A DNA stretch of 64,000 nt from an uncultured Poribacteria bacterium (GCA_958295855.1 OY282383.1:106707-170706), one strand, 5' to 3'; shown: positions 20,358 through 29,305, numbered from the stretch's first letter. A program made the numbers and translations. The notes: generated from the letters alone by a model not told the origin.

Positions 20358-21376
20358 TGCCTGGCGTTCTCCTGAGATGGGTCGAGTTCCTCAAGCCAGG
20401 ATTCAACATAGGATTGGTGTTGTTCATCCCCTGCTGCGCGTGCCAACCTCAGGGCAGTTCTTAAATCCGCTATTGCTTCTGCATCGCGTCCTTGGCGAAT
20501 TTTCTCCTTTGCCCTGTATGAATAGGGCTGCGGGTACTCTGGAGCTACGCGAATAGCTTCTTCAAAGTCGACTAATGCAGCCTCACGCTGGCCTATCGCG
20601 TCTTTGACAAACCCGCGACTAGTGTAGAGAGCTGGGTGCCACGGTGCAAGACGAATCGCCTGGTTATAGTCGGCAATTGCGTCCTCGGATTGACCCAAGA
20701 GGAATTTTACATAACCGCGATAGTGATAGGCTTCCGCCATATCCGGGTTGATTCCAATTGCCGTGTCAAACTCAGCAATGGCAGATTCGTTTTCTCCCTG
20801 TTTCATTTTCGCAAGACCGCGATGGTAGTAAGCTTCAGCGCAGTTTGCATCTAAACGGAGTGCTTCCGCATGATCTGCGAAGGCGGCTTCGTGTTCGCCC
20901 AACCCAAACTTCGCGAATCCTCGTGCGGTGTAGGCAGCCGCCTGGACACATTTTGTGGCAGGTTTGAGCCGGAGTGCTTCATCAAGGTCTGCGAGGGCAG
21001 CTTCATAGCGTTCTACGGTGTTTCTGGCCTTACCCCGATGGAGATAGACTTCTGCATGCGCTGGGTCCAACCGAATCGCGTTGTCGTAAGCGGCAATAGC
21101 CATCTTAATTTTACCATACCCCAACTGACAATACGTGCTTGCAAGCTGCGCTGTGAGATTACCAGCGGTGAACCATGCACGTGCAGCAAGGCCATCATCA
21201 GTTCCCTCGACGATGTTCGCAATCGCGCGCCATTTCTCAACGGCATCGGCAACTTTCCCTGTCTGCTGCAATCTATAGGCATCGGCTATCGCCTTGTTTA
21301 TGAGGAGAAACGCCGGATCCGATTCATAAGCTCGCGCTGTTTCTTCAATGGTTTGCATGCTGTTTTCACTCGTCAT
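20354..21376 (-). CDS. TPR-repeat protein
   Basis: About 8 consecutive 34-aa repeats with the A..Y..A..LDP....AY..RG signature. Confidence 0.8.
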   Translation of the reverse strand: MTSENSMQTIEETARAYESDPAFLLINKAIADAYRLQQTGKVADAVEKWRAIANIVEGTDDGLAARAWFTAGNLTAQLASTYCQLGYGKIKMAIAAYDNAIRLDPAHAEVYLHRGKARNTVERYEAALADLDEALRLKPATKCVQAAAYTARGFAKFGLGEHEAAFADHAEALRLDANCAEAYYHRGLAKMKQGENESAIAEFDTAIGINPDMAEAYHYRGYVKFLLGQSEDAIADYNQAIRLAPWHPALYTSRGFVKDAIGQREAALVDFEEAIRVAPEYPQPYSYRAKEKIRQGRDAEAIADLRTALRLARAAGDEQHQSYVESWLEELDPSQENARQ

Positions 21377-21431
21377 GATTCACCTCGCTGACTATCATCA
21401 CGCATTTTCAATGCGCGTTGATATCCTTTGG

Positions 21432-22082
21432 TCAAAAAATGGTGCCGAGCCAATCGTTTAAGAGAAAATCGACGCGTTGAATCAGGAGCGCGACACGTCC
21501 CATAACGGTGTTACCAAATGCCGAACCGAACCCAATCATGAGAAAAGCGATACCGACTTTTGACAGCCACTTGATGGGCCCTCGGTGTTCAACAGAAAAG
21601 AAGAAATAGGTAAGTGTGCAAATTACTCCAACAACCATGAGAACCGCCTCAAAAATGCCCCAGCCGGAGAGAGTTCCTGCATGAATAGCTGCAAACGGTT
21701 CAACCGTTCCGCGTGTCTGCTCAAAAATATTTGCTCTCAACACAGTCGGGATTGCGATACCTGCGCCAAACCCGATCAGGACAGCAATAGGGTACCGGAT
21801 TAACCATGTGTGTTGAGGGGACAACCGAGCGAAAAACAGCAAGCCAATGCCGATCGGAATTAATTTGATTAAGCCTTGGAGGGATTTCCCTGTTACCGCC
21901 GCATAAAAAGGTTCCCATGCAAAGGGGATAAATCCTTGATGAATAGAGATGACAATGCCGTATCCGACAGATATACCTACAAAGAGATGTTCTGCAAACC
22001 GATAAAACGGGTTATCTCGATAAAGAAAACTATAGATGCAAAGTGTCAGAAATGCTGCAACCCAAATGCCAAAAATTTCCAT
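21432..22082 (-). CDS. Polytopic membrane protein, uncharacterised (gene 4 of a 4-gene operon)
   Basis: About 6 hydrophobic helices. Start moved to the ATG at 22082 (MEIFGIWVAAFL), 4 nt after the upstream stop. Confidence 0.6.
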   Translation of the reverse strand: MEIFGIWVAAFLTLCIYSFLYRDNPFYRFAEHLFVGISVGYGIVISIHQGFIPFAWEPFYAAVTGKSLQGLIKLIPIGIGLLFFARLSPQHTWLIRYPIAVLIGFGAGIAIPTVLRANIFEQTRGTVEPFAAIHAGTLSGWGIFEAVLMVVGVICTLTYFFFSVEHRGPIKWLSKVGIAFLMIGFGSAFGNTVMGRVALLIQRVDFLLNDWLGTIF

Positions 22083-22086
22083 AAAT

Positions 22087-22881
22087 TTATTCCTCATGCC
22101 GATTCCGAATAAAGAATGCGATATTGCCAAGAATAACTAAGCCGACAATCAACAGATGCACAAACGATTCAATATTAATCCACTGCACCCCTTTTGCAGG
22201 AGTATCTATTAGAAGTTCATACTCGGCGGCCCCCGAAATACCCGATATCAAGCCTACCAATTGTCCTGTTTGTAAATATGGATACATCTGTGAGATAATA
22301 ACACCTGTAACACCTGCTGCAATTCGCAAATTATATTGTGCATTCGCGTAAAGGATCCATGTCTCTGTAGAGCTTCCAGAAGCCAGGTCCAACAAGAGAG
22401 AGATTTGGTCATAGTTCGTGATGTTTTCCATCATCGGAATTTCAGCAAGTACTTTACCGTTGTAGTCATTCTCAAAAACGCTGGCAATGCTAGTTCCCAT
22501 TCCAAGAATAACCAGGTTACCTCCAGGTCGGTAACCGAGAAAAACATAATCTTCCCCAGCCACTGCCCCATTCTCTTTAGCAACTTCCTCTATCAGCGTA
22601 TTTGCTAGGGTTGGAGCGTCGGGAATTAGTGTGAGGCCAATAACCCGTACCTTTTTATTAAAGCACTGTTTGAGTACAGCTCTTGCCATAGGATTAAGTT
22701 CTGCTAAGGAGGCGGGCCCGTAGTCAAAGGCAAGCATGATAGTTGATTCCGGAGGAAGTGTGTCGATATAGTCATAGAGTTTCTGCGATGGCTCAGATAC
22801 CGAGACAGGTAGATTGACAGGGAACAACATTGGAATGATAACCGCCAACGCAACCAAAATAAAAACAATTCGCCTATCCAT
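22087..22881 (-). CDS. Membrane-anchored protein with a large extracytoplasmic domain, uncharacterised (gene 3)
   Basis: N-terminal TM MDRRIVFILVALAVIIPMLF, a soluble domain, and a C-terminal TM LLIVGLVILGNIAFF. There is a 2-nt gap to the upstream gene. Confidence 0.6.
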   Translation of the reverse strand: MDRRIVFILVALAVIIPMLFPVNLPVSVSEPSQKLYDYIDTLPPESTIMLAFDYGPASLAELNPMARAVLKQCFNKKVRVIGLTLIPDAPTLANTLIEEVAKENGAVAGEDYVFLGYRPGGNLVILGMGTSIASVFENDYNGKVLAEIPMMENITNYDQISLLLDLASGSSTETWILYANAQYNLRIAAGVTGVIISQMYPYLQTGQLVGLISGISGAAEYELLIDTPAKGVQWINIESFVHLLIVGLVILGNIAFFIRNRHEE

Positions 22882-22883
22882 AT

Positions 22884-23534
22884 TTAATCTCCTCCGCCTA
22901 AATACGAGCGTTCAATCCCTAATATAATTCGGATAGATTGCGAAATCACACCGAGGCTGACTCCGAGGATAATTCCGCGTCGTGATGAAAGATTGGGGTT
23001 ATCTAAAATCCACTGGCGCGCGTTTGAGGCACCGTCAGCCCAGGGTGTCTGTGACATCACAGTATTCCAAATCAGATCTCCCACCGGTACATTTCCCATC
23101 ATTACAATCAGCGCAGTAACGAGGAGAAGCGTTGCCTCAAACGTTCTAGCGCGGAAAGCGCGGTATGCAGCGGAGGCAATGAAGAAAGCAAGGAGGGAAA
23201 ACATCGTCGCGTCCATAGGCACTTGGACGTTGGTGTATAACCACTCAAAAACGCTATCTTGAGGACCAGACGGAACACCTATCACGACCATCGTGATGAG
23301 CCCCGCAAAGACAACAAAACTGTATTGCCAATGTTCTGTGCGGCGGCGGATACGCGTCACATGCGTTTGAACGAGTGTCACAATTGCTAACACCAGGGCA
23401 AAAGGAGAAATAATCAGTGCCCAGCTATTCACCTCTTCGTAAATGGATTGAGAAAACGTATGCGGACTAAACTGGGTTAAAATGATCACAAACCCAAAAA
23501 GAAAGCAGAGTGCTAAAGGTACTTGTCTTTTCAT
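22884..23534 (-). CDS. Polytopic membrane protein, uncharacterised (gene 2)
   Basis: About 5 TM helices. Start moved to the ATG at 23534, which is preceded by ggagaggtt. Confidence 0.6.
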   Translation of the reverse strand: MKRQVPLALCFLFGFVIILTQFSPHTFSQSIYEEVNSWALIISPFALVLAIVTLVQTHVTRIRRRTEHWQYSFVVFAGLITMVVIGVPSGPQDSVFEWLYTNVQVPMDATMFSLLAFFIASAAYRAFRARTFEATLLLVTALIVMMGNVPVGDLIWNTVMSQTPWADGASNARQWILDNPNLSSRRGIILGVSLGVISQSIRIILGIERSYLGGGD

Positions 23535-23542
23535 AACCTCTC

Positions 23543-24730
23543 CTAATTCACCTTCTGTAAGAGCATTGTTATCCAATTGGTACCGGATAATTCAAGAACC
23601 ACGCCTAGAACAATAGTTATGAAAATTAATACCTTTCCCCAATCTTGCCCCCTAAGGCTTCCGAGTAACATCGGTTCTTTTGATAGGTAAGCACTCGCTG
23701 CGTACAATTCTTCGCCGATTAAGGTATAGTCACATGCAGCGATAAAGAACGGAAGTTGGTGCTCAGAGTCTGTTCCTGCAATCTGAATGGCACCGATGGA
23801 ATTGCCTGTCTCAGCGAGGATAAGCGATTCAGCGAAAAATTGACCTTGTAGAAATATCGCCGCGGGCTTCTCACGCAGCATGATACCATCCACCCCAGCA
23901 GCGTAGGCGAATTGGCTCTCTGTGAGAAAGAACACGTTCTCCTCGTTATAGACATCCGGACGCCCCTCATCAAGATATGCTGTTTGCACGACCTCACGCA
24001 CTACATTCATAACAATTGGATCCCGACAAGGAACTCGCAACGGTGTTTCGTAGTCCGCTGTTCGCCGCGCCACTTGTCCCAGAATTGCCATACTCGCAAT
24101 GGTGGATACTTCATCTACACGCCCTAATCCTAAACTATAGAGAATGGAACGTCCCATCTCTGTTGCTCTGCCGATAGCTTCATCTACCGCCTCTAAGCCC
24201 GGGATGCGCCGCACAAATATCTCCTTTCCACTCCGCGCGTCATAGATATTCCAGATAATCGCTGCTGAAAAGATGAGCATGGCGAGAAACAGCCATTTTT
24301 TGCCGGTGTGAAACCACTCGCCTGTCCCTTTGACTGGGACAGTCTGTTCAGAATCCACTGTTGCCTCTGTTTCGGTGGTGGTATCTGCCCCGCTTTGCGG
24401 GGTTGATACGATTACAGCACGCACAATGTAGGTGTAAGCTGTTCCCTTTTCAATAGTTGAATCGACATAAGTTGTTGTCTCTGCAGGCAGGAGTTCTCCG
24501 ATTTCTTCAAGAGCTCCATCCGCAATCCGCCGTAGGATTTGGTAACCGCGGATAGGGCTGCCCTCGGCTGCTGCGTCCCACTCAATGGTGATGCTGCTCC
24601 CATCGTCGTTTGGTGTATCCTTTGCTGTAACGTTTGAGGGTGGCGCGACACCTTGGCTGAACGCAATGCTAACACTTATGCATAAAATCAAGCAGGTGAT
24701 TATCCATTGAACTCTTTTGTTAACTGTCAT
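23543..24730 (-). CDS. Secreted FN3-domain protein joined to a membrane domain, uncharacterised (gene 1)
   Basis: Signal peptide MTVNKRVQWIITCLILCISVSIAFSQG. An FN3-like segment follows (PSNVTAKDTPNDDGSSITIEWD...GYQILRR...YTYIVRAV), then a TM helix and a conserved-looking domain. Start moved to the ATG at 24730 after cagaggaaaatat. Type A module in frame at 24380-24409. Confidence 0.65.
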   Translation of the reverse strand: MTVNKRVQWIITCLILCISVSIAFSQGVAPPSNVTAKDTPNDDGSSITIEWDAAAEGSPIRGYQILRRIADGALEEIGELLPAETTTYVDSTIEKGTAYTYIVRAVIVSTPQSGADTTTETEATVDSEQTVPVKGTGEWFHTGKKWLFLAMLIFSAAIIWNIYDARSGKEIFVRRIPGLEAVDEAIGRATEMGRSILYSLGLGRVDEVSTIASMAILGQVARRTADYETPLRVPCRDPIVMNVVREVVQTAYLDEGRPDVYNEENVFFLTESQFAYAAGVDGIMLREKPAAIFLQGQFFAESLILAETGNSIGAIQIAGTDSEHQLPFFIAACDYTLIGEELYAASAYLSKEPMLLGSLRGQDWGKVLIFITIVLGVVLELSGTNWITMLLQKVN

Positions 24731-24940
24731 ATATTTTCCTCTGATACTGTCTGAATGCACGTCACATAAGTAAGAAATAAAAAAGTTGCTTGCTTTTTGC
24801 GGCGAAGGGTATAAACCCCTGCAAGCCTTCCCGCCCGCCCGGTTCCTTCTACCTTTTGCCGCAAATCGCGGATTAAGCAGATGGCGCAAATTGCATGTAA
24901 CTTAGTCACGTGCAAAGCACGTGATAAAATGCCTTGTGAT

Positions 24941-26029
24941 TCAGACGTTTTGCGAAATAACTTCTAAAACCCTCGAGGCTGCCACATCATCTCGGATAAC
25001 TACTTCTCCGATTTGTGTGGGTAGAATCAGACGGAGTTTTCCCCCTATTGTCTTTTTGTCTAAATACATGGTGTCATGCAACACCTTCGGTGAGAGTTCC
25101 GGTGGGAAAACAAGCGGCAGGTTTGCTCGCTTTAAGAGTGCACTTTGCCGCTGAAAATCTGCTTCAGAGAAGATACCTAAATTGACAGCCAATCGTGCCG
25201 CACAATTCATTCCAATAGAGACTGCTTCGCCGTGCCGGTATCTATTGTAGTGTGTTAAGGCTTCAAGTGCGTGCCCAAAGGTATGCCCATAGTTAAGCAC
25301 CATCCGCAATCCACTCTCTTTCTCATCTTTAGCAACGATTTCTGCTTTGTTGATGCACGCTTGCGAAATTATCTCAATAAGCACTGTGTCATCTAAATTT
25401 AAGATAGCGTCCAGGTTCTCCTCAACTGTCTCAAACAGCGATTCGTCGCGGATAACGCCCATCTTGATAACTTCGATAAGACCGGCTCGGATGTCGCGTT
25501 GCGGCAAGGTTTTGAGCGTATCTACGTCGATGAGCACCAACTTCGGCTGATGAAACGCCCCGATAAGGTTTTTTCCCTTCGGATGGTTAATGGCCGTCTT
25601 CCCACCAACACTGGCATCCACTTGCGCTTGGAGGGTCGTCGGGATTTGCACATAAGCGATGCCTCGCATATACACCGCCGCCGCAAACCCGCCTAAATCG
25701 CCGATAACACCGCCGCCGAGGGCGATAAGCGTTGAGCCCCGGTCAAGTTGGTGCGCTACCAAGCTATCTTGTATCCGAGCAAACTGCGCCAGCGATTTAC
25801 TCCCTTCACCGACAGGTACTTCAACGGTGTTGACATCAAACCCCTGATGTGTCAAACTTTCCGAAACGGCAGGGGCGTAGTGTTGCTTAACAAAAGCATC
25901 GGTAACAATAAGCACTTTCGCCGATTTTGCTCGTGGTTTGAGAAACTCCCCGACTTTGTTAAGAATCCCTGCCCCAACGAGAAGGGGATAACTGTTTTCG
26001 CCGAGTGCTACGCGTAAGGTTTTCGTCAC
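24941..26029 (-). CDS. aroB: 3-dehydroquinate synthase
   Basis: 362 aa. GGGVIGDLGGFAAAVYMRGI, DASVGGKTAINHP and NYGHTFGHALE. Confidence 0.9.
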   Translation of the reverse strand: MTKTLRVALGENSYPLLVGAGILNKVGEFLKPRAKSAKVLIVTDAFVKQHYAPAVSESLTHQGFDVNTVEVPVGEGSKSLAQFARIQDSLVAHQLDRGSTLIALGGGVIGDLGGFAAAVYMRGIAYVQIPTTLQAQVDASVGGKTAINHPKGKNLIGAFHQPKLVLIDVDTLKTLPQRDIRAGLIEVIKMGVIRDESLFETVEENLDAILNLDDTVLIEIISQACINKAEIVAKDEKESGLRMVLNYGHTFGHALEALTHYNRYRHGEAVSIGMNCAARLAVNLGIFSEADFQRQSALLKRANLPLVFPPELSPKVLHDTMYLDKKTIGGKLRLILPTQIGEVVIRDDVAASRVLEVISQNV

Positions 26030-26038
26030 TTTGTCCTC

Positions 26039-26623
26039 TCAGAGGTTTCGCGCCACTGTGTGCTGGAACACTTTTTTGATATACGCGAGGATCTCTCCAA
26101 ACGAGCATCCGGTCGTTTTCACCATATAATCCGCTTGCGCGTAATACGGGTGTCGTTCCGCCAACATTGTCCGAATCTTAGCGAGGGCATCGGGTGTTTG
26201 GAGCAGCGGGCGGTGCGTTTGATGGCCAATGCGTCGATAGATTTCCTCCGCTGTCGCCGTTAAGCAGAAAACAACGCCGTTCTGCTTTAATTTTTTCATG
26301 TTTGCTTCTTTCAAAACAACACCCCCACCTGTAGCGATAACTTGGTTGCACATCTTTGAAACTTTATGAACCGCTTCGCTTTCTAATTGGCGAAAAGCCG
26401 GTTCGCCATCTTCCGCGAAAATGTCGTTAATGCGCCGGCCGCTCTCCTGCTCAATGATATCGTCTGTATCAACGCAGTGCATCCGGAGTTGCGAGGAAAG
26501 GCGACGGCCAACAGAGGTTTTCCCGGTCCCCATAAAACCGACAAGCACAATATTAGGTTTTCTTTTTAAGGGCCGCTTCACCTGTTTTCTACCTCTCGAC
26601 ATTGAGCACTCCTTAAAAGACAA
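26039..26623 (-). CDS. aroK: Shikimate kinase
   Basis: P-loop VGFMGTGKTSVGRRL, then FR..E and ATGGG. Directly upstream of aroB. Confidence 0.85.
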   Translation of the reverse strand: MSFKECSMSRGRKQVKRPLKRKPNIVLVGFMGTGKTSVGRRLSSQLRMHCVDTDDIIEQESGRRINDIFAEDGEPAFRQLESEAVHKVSKMCNQVIATGGGVVLKEANMKKLKQNGVVFCLTATAEEIYRRIGHQTHRPLLQTPDALAKIRTMLAERHPYYAQADYMVKTTGCSFGEILAYIKKVFQHTVARNL

Positions 26624-26713
26624 AAATCAAATGCAGCGAAAAAACAAGACGAATCAGGTTAATTTGATATTAGCCTTTATTATAGCACGATTCAAAAAAA
26701 ATTGTAAAGGTTT

Positions 26714-26742
26714 TTGCACGAATTCTCAAGGTGTGGTATAAT
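26714..26742 (+). promoter_or_regulatory. Near-consensus sigma70-type promoter with an extended -10
   Basis: TTGCAC (26714-26719), a 17-nt spacer ending in tgg, then TATAAT (26737-26742), about 90 nt upstream of the GNAT start. Confidence 0.5.
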
Positions 26743-26832
26743 TTTGTATCTATTAAGTGGGAGGGAAACCTTGTAAGCCCGATGACTCCTTGTGGGTTCG
26801 TATTCACTTTGCACTGGAAAAGGAGATGGCAC

Positions 26833-27369
26833 ATGGCACGACAACTCAGAATGGTTCGCCCCAATTTAGAAAATTTACCGAAACTAGCACTCCCTGTAGG
26901 CTACGGCATGCGAACCTACCAAGAAGGTGATGAGGTGCATTGGGCAAATATCATCAGCGACTCGTTCGGCGGAAGGCAACGCACTGTGCAAGACACGCAG
27001 GATGAGATTACCGGACGAGATGTGTTTGTCCCCGATGGGCTCTATTTCGCAACGCACCAAGGCATTCCTGTCGGCACTGCCTGTGCGTGGCGGCAATCTG
27101 TTGATGAAACAGATGTTGGATACGTGCACATGGTAGGCGTTGTAGCGCAACACACCGGACACAAACTCGGAAAATGGGTATCGCTCGCGGTCCTCTTCTA
27201 TTTTCGTAACCATGGATTCATAAGTGCCATGCTTGACACCGACGATTTTCGCATCCCTGCTATTAAGACCTATTTGAACTTAGGATTTATACCTGTTTAC
27301 GTTGAAGAAGGGCAACCAGAGCGGTGGCGGGACATCTTTGAAAAATTGGAGATGAGTGCTAGACCCTGA
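26833..27369 (+). CDS. GNAT-family N-acetyltransferase, paralogue 1
   Basis: MARQLRMVRPNLENLPKL...YQEGDEVHWANI...VGVVAQHTGHKLGKWV...LDTDDFRIPAIKTYLNLGFIPVY. Start moved to the ATG at 26833 after aaaaggaga. Confidence 0.7.
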   Translation: MARQLRMVRPNLENLPKLALPVGYGMRTYQEGDEVHWANIISDSFGGRQRTVQDTQDEITGRDVFVPDGLYFATHQGIPVGTACAWRQSVDETDVGYVHMVGVVAQHTGHKLGKWVSLAVLFYFRNHGFISAMLDTDDFRIPAIKTYLNLGFIPVYVEEGQPERWRDIFEKLEMSARP

Positions 27370-27404
27370 AAATCGGAGTAAATCGGTATAACTATCGTTT
27401 TTAC

Positions 27405-27433
27405 TTGACAAAGCGAAATAAATGTGGTATGAT
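27405..27433 (+). promoter_or_regulatory. Consensus-like promoter of tnpA with an extended -10
   Basis: TTGACA (27405-27410), a 17-nt spacer ending in tgg, then TATGAT (27428-27433). The ATG at 27440 lies about 7 nt downstream, so the mRNA could be leaderless. Confidence 0.55.
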
Positions 27434-27439
27434 GTAGGT

Positions 27440-28045
27440 ATGAATAACCTAATGTCACCACAAAAGGCTGCGCAGGTGTTGGATATTTCCATCGAGCACC
27501 TTCGCAGAATGGAAGCCCGCGGCGAAATCGACTGCGTGCGCACTGGAGGCGGGCATCGGCGTTACGATGTCCATAAGTTTGTTGATGCTCAACGTCAACC
27601 AGACATTTCTACCATTTGCTACTGTCGAGTCAGAGGAAAAGCGCAGGCGGACGCCCTCGCCGCGCAAGTCGAATTCATGCAAGAAAGGTACCCTGAAGCG
27701 GAGATTATCCAAGACTTCGGCAGTGGCATCAACTTCAAGCGAAAAGGACTCCAGCGGATATTGGACAGAGTCCTGTGCGGCGATAAACTCCGAGTTGTGG
27801 TCGCCCATCGGGATAGACTCGCCCGCTTCGGCAGCGAAGTCTTTCGATATCTTATCGAGCAAAACGGTGGAGAAGTCGTGGTTCTCAACCAAACTACTCA
27901 CAGTCCCGAACAGGAACTTACTTCCGATTTGCTGGAGATTCTCCACGTCTTTTCCTCACGGCTGTATGGACTCCGACGCTACCGTGACGAAATCAAAGCA
28001 GATACAAATCTTACCCACAACGCCACAGAAAGCGATACTCCGTAG
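27440..28045 (+). CDS. tnpA: IS607-type TnpA (MerR-HTH plus serine-recombinase domain) that lacks the expected nucleophile serine
   Basis: HTH is SPQKAAQVLDISIEHLRRMEARGEI. The recombinase core has YCRVRGKAQ where the family consensus is YARVSSxxQ, followed by DFGSGINFKRKGL and VVAHRDRLARFG. Confidence 0.75.
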   Translation: MNNLMSPQKAAQVLDISIEHLRRMEARGEIDCVRTGGGHRRYDVHKFVDAQRQPDISTICYCRVRGKAQADALAAQVEFMQERYPEAEIIQDFGSGINFKRKGLQRILDRVLCGDKLRVVVAHRDRLARFGSEVFRYLIEQNGGEVVVLNQTTHSPEQELTSDLLEILHVFSSRLYGLRRYRDEIKADTNLTHNATESDTP

Positions 28046-29117
28046 ATGGGAAGGTATCTCACGTTACGTCTACAACGAGGCGGTGAAGCAGTTTAACAAA
28101 GGCCGCAAGGTGTATGCGCCCGACTTGCTAAAAACATTACCTGAGTGGACATCGAATTGTCCTCGACATATCCGTGTCGGTGCAGTGATGGATGCACAGA
28201 AAGCGGTGACTGCAGCACGGCGAAAGTGGAAGGAAACCGGTGAACCGCAACGCGTAAAGTTCCGCAGGAAGAAGAATACCACGAAGTCGTTTTACTTGTG
28301 TGCGCAGTTCATCAAAGCTCATGGTTTCTATGTCAGGTTTCTTGGTGACATGAAGATGACAGAGCCACTGCCTGCGAAGCCACAAGGCCGTGGTAAGAAA
28401 GCCGACAGAGACCATGAAAACGAAGTTAAAGATGGCCGTGTGCTGTTTGAGAATGGCCGGTTTTACATGTGCGTCGCCTACAAGGAAAAAATCAAACCGC
28501 GAGACTCAAGCGGAAATATCGTAGCTCTTGACCCGGGCGTTCGTACGTTTATGACATTGTTTTCAGAAGGCACATTCGGTTGGCTTGGACATCATGCAAT
28601 TAATCGTATCCAGAGGCTCTGCCAACATGCAGATAATCTCTACTCCCGCGCAACGCAGGTGAAACGTCCGCTACGGCGTACCCTGCGACAATGTGCACAG
28701 AAGATTCAAGTAAAAATCCAAAATCTTGTGATGGAACTACACAAGAAAGTCGCACACTTCCTCGTCACAAACTTTGACATCATCCTGCTACCGACTTTTG
28801 AAACGCAGCAGATGATTAAGCGTGGCGCGCGGAAGCTCCGAAAGAAGTCTGTCCGTCAGATGTTGACGCTGTCGCATTACCAGTTCAAGATGTTCCTGAA
28901 GCAAAAGGCTTTAGAATATGGCGTTCTTGTAGTCGATGCCAATGAAGCATATACATCAAAGACGGTCTCATGGACAGGTAACATTGTCGAGAACCTCGGC
29001 GGTGCGAAGGTGATTACTGATGCAGACGGTAATCGGTGTGACAGAGATTTGAACGGCGCACGTGGTATTTTCATATCGGAAATGTCACGTGCTTTGAGGG
29101 TTCCTCCAGCGAGATAA
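27966..29117 (+). CDS. tnpB: TnpB (OrfB_IS605/IS607 type, RuvC-like RNA-guided nuclease family)
   Basis: The N-terminus KQIQILPTTPQKAILRRWEGISRYVYNEAV is typical of TnpB. RuvC-I is ALDPGVRTF, RuvC-II is DANEAYTSKT and RuvC-III is CDRDLNGARGI. Start placed at the ATG at 27966. The ORF-track extension back to 27567 is an out-of-frame overlap of tnpA. Confidence 0.8.
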   Translation: MDSDATVTKSKQIQILPTTPQKAILRRWEGISRYVYNEAVKQFNKGRKVYAPDLLKTLPEWTSNCPRHIRVGAVMDAQKAVTAARRKWKETGEPQRVKFRRKKNTTKSFYLCAQFIKAHGFYVRFLGDMKMTEPLPAKPQGRGKKADRDHENEVKDGRVLFENGRFYMCVAYKEKIKPRDSSGNIVALDPGVRTFMTLFSEGTFGWLGHHAINRIQRLCQHADNLYSRATQVKRPLRRTLRQCAQKIQVKIQNLVMELHKKVAHFLVTNFDIILLPTFETQQMIKRGARKLRKKSVRQMLTLSHYQFKMFLKQKALEYGVLVVDANEAYTSKTVSWTGNIVENLGGAKVITDADGNRCDRDLNGARGIFISEMSRALRVPPAR

Positions 29118-29260
29118 TCGCTGCAAACCACACGGTCGAGATGGTAACGCAATAGACGTTATCTCTGCTCTTGTCACGATTTGTGTAGGTTCAAAGGAAC
29201 AGATGCCTCCTATGTCAGTGCAAATCGTGAACGTTAGAGAAACACTCTCTGAGGAACTGT
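28950..29260 (+). ncRNA. Expected position of the TnpB omega/reRNA (not verified)
   Basis: In characterised TnpB elements the guide RNA scaffold overlaps the 3' end of tnpB and runs to the right IS end. This call rests on position only, and I could not evaluate the structure. Confidence 0.25.
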
Positions 29261-29305
29261 GGGCGAAAGTCTCACGTTAAAAATAGTGTGGAAGATCAGC
29301 TCAAA

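Larger units (their letters stand above)
27390..29260 (+). mobile_element. IS607-family insertion sequence (tnpA serine recombinase plus tnpB); ends approximate
   Basis: The MerR-like HTH serine recombinase and the OrfB/TnpB gene overlap by 80 nt, as is usual in IS607. IS607 has no terminal inverted repeats, so the boundaries are only bracketed by the flanking GNAT genes (27369 and 29306). Confidence 0.7.

Noticed and set aside
27567-27965. The N-terminal 133 codons of the 516-aa ORF-track call for tnpB.
   Set aside because: This is an out-of-frame overlap with the well-supported tnpA. The canonical TnpB N-terminus begins just after the ATG at 27966.
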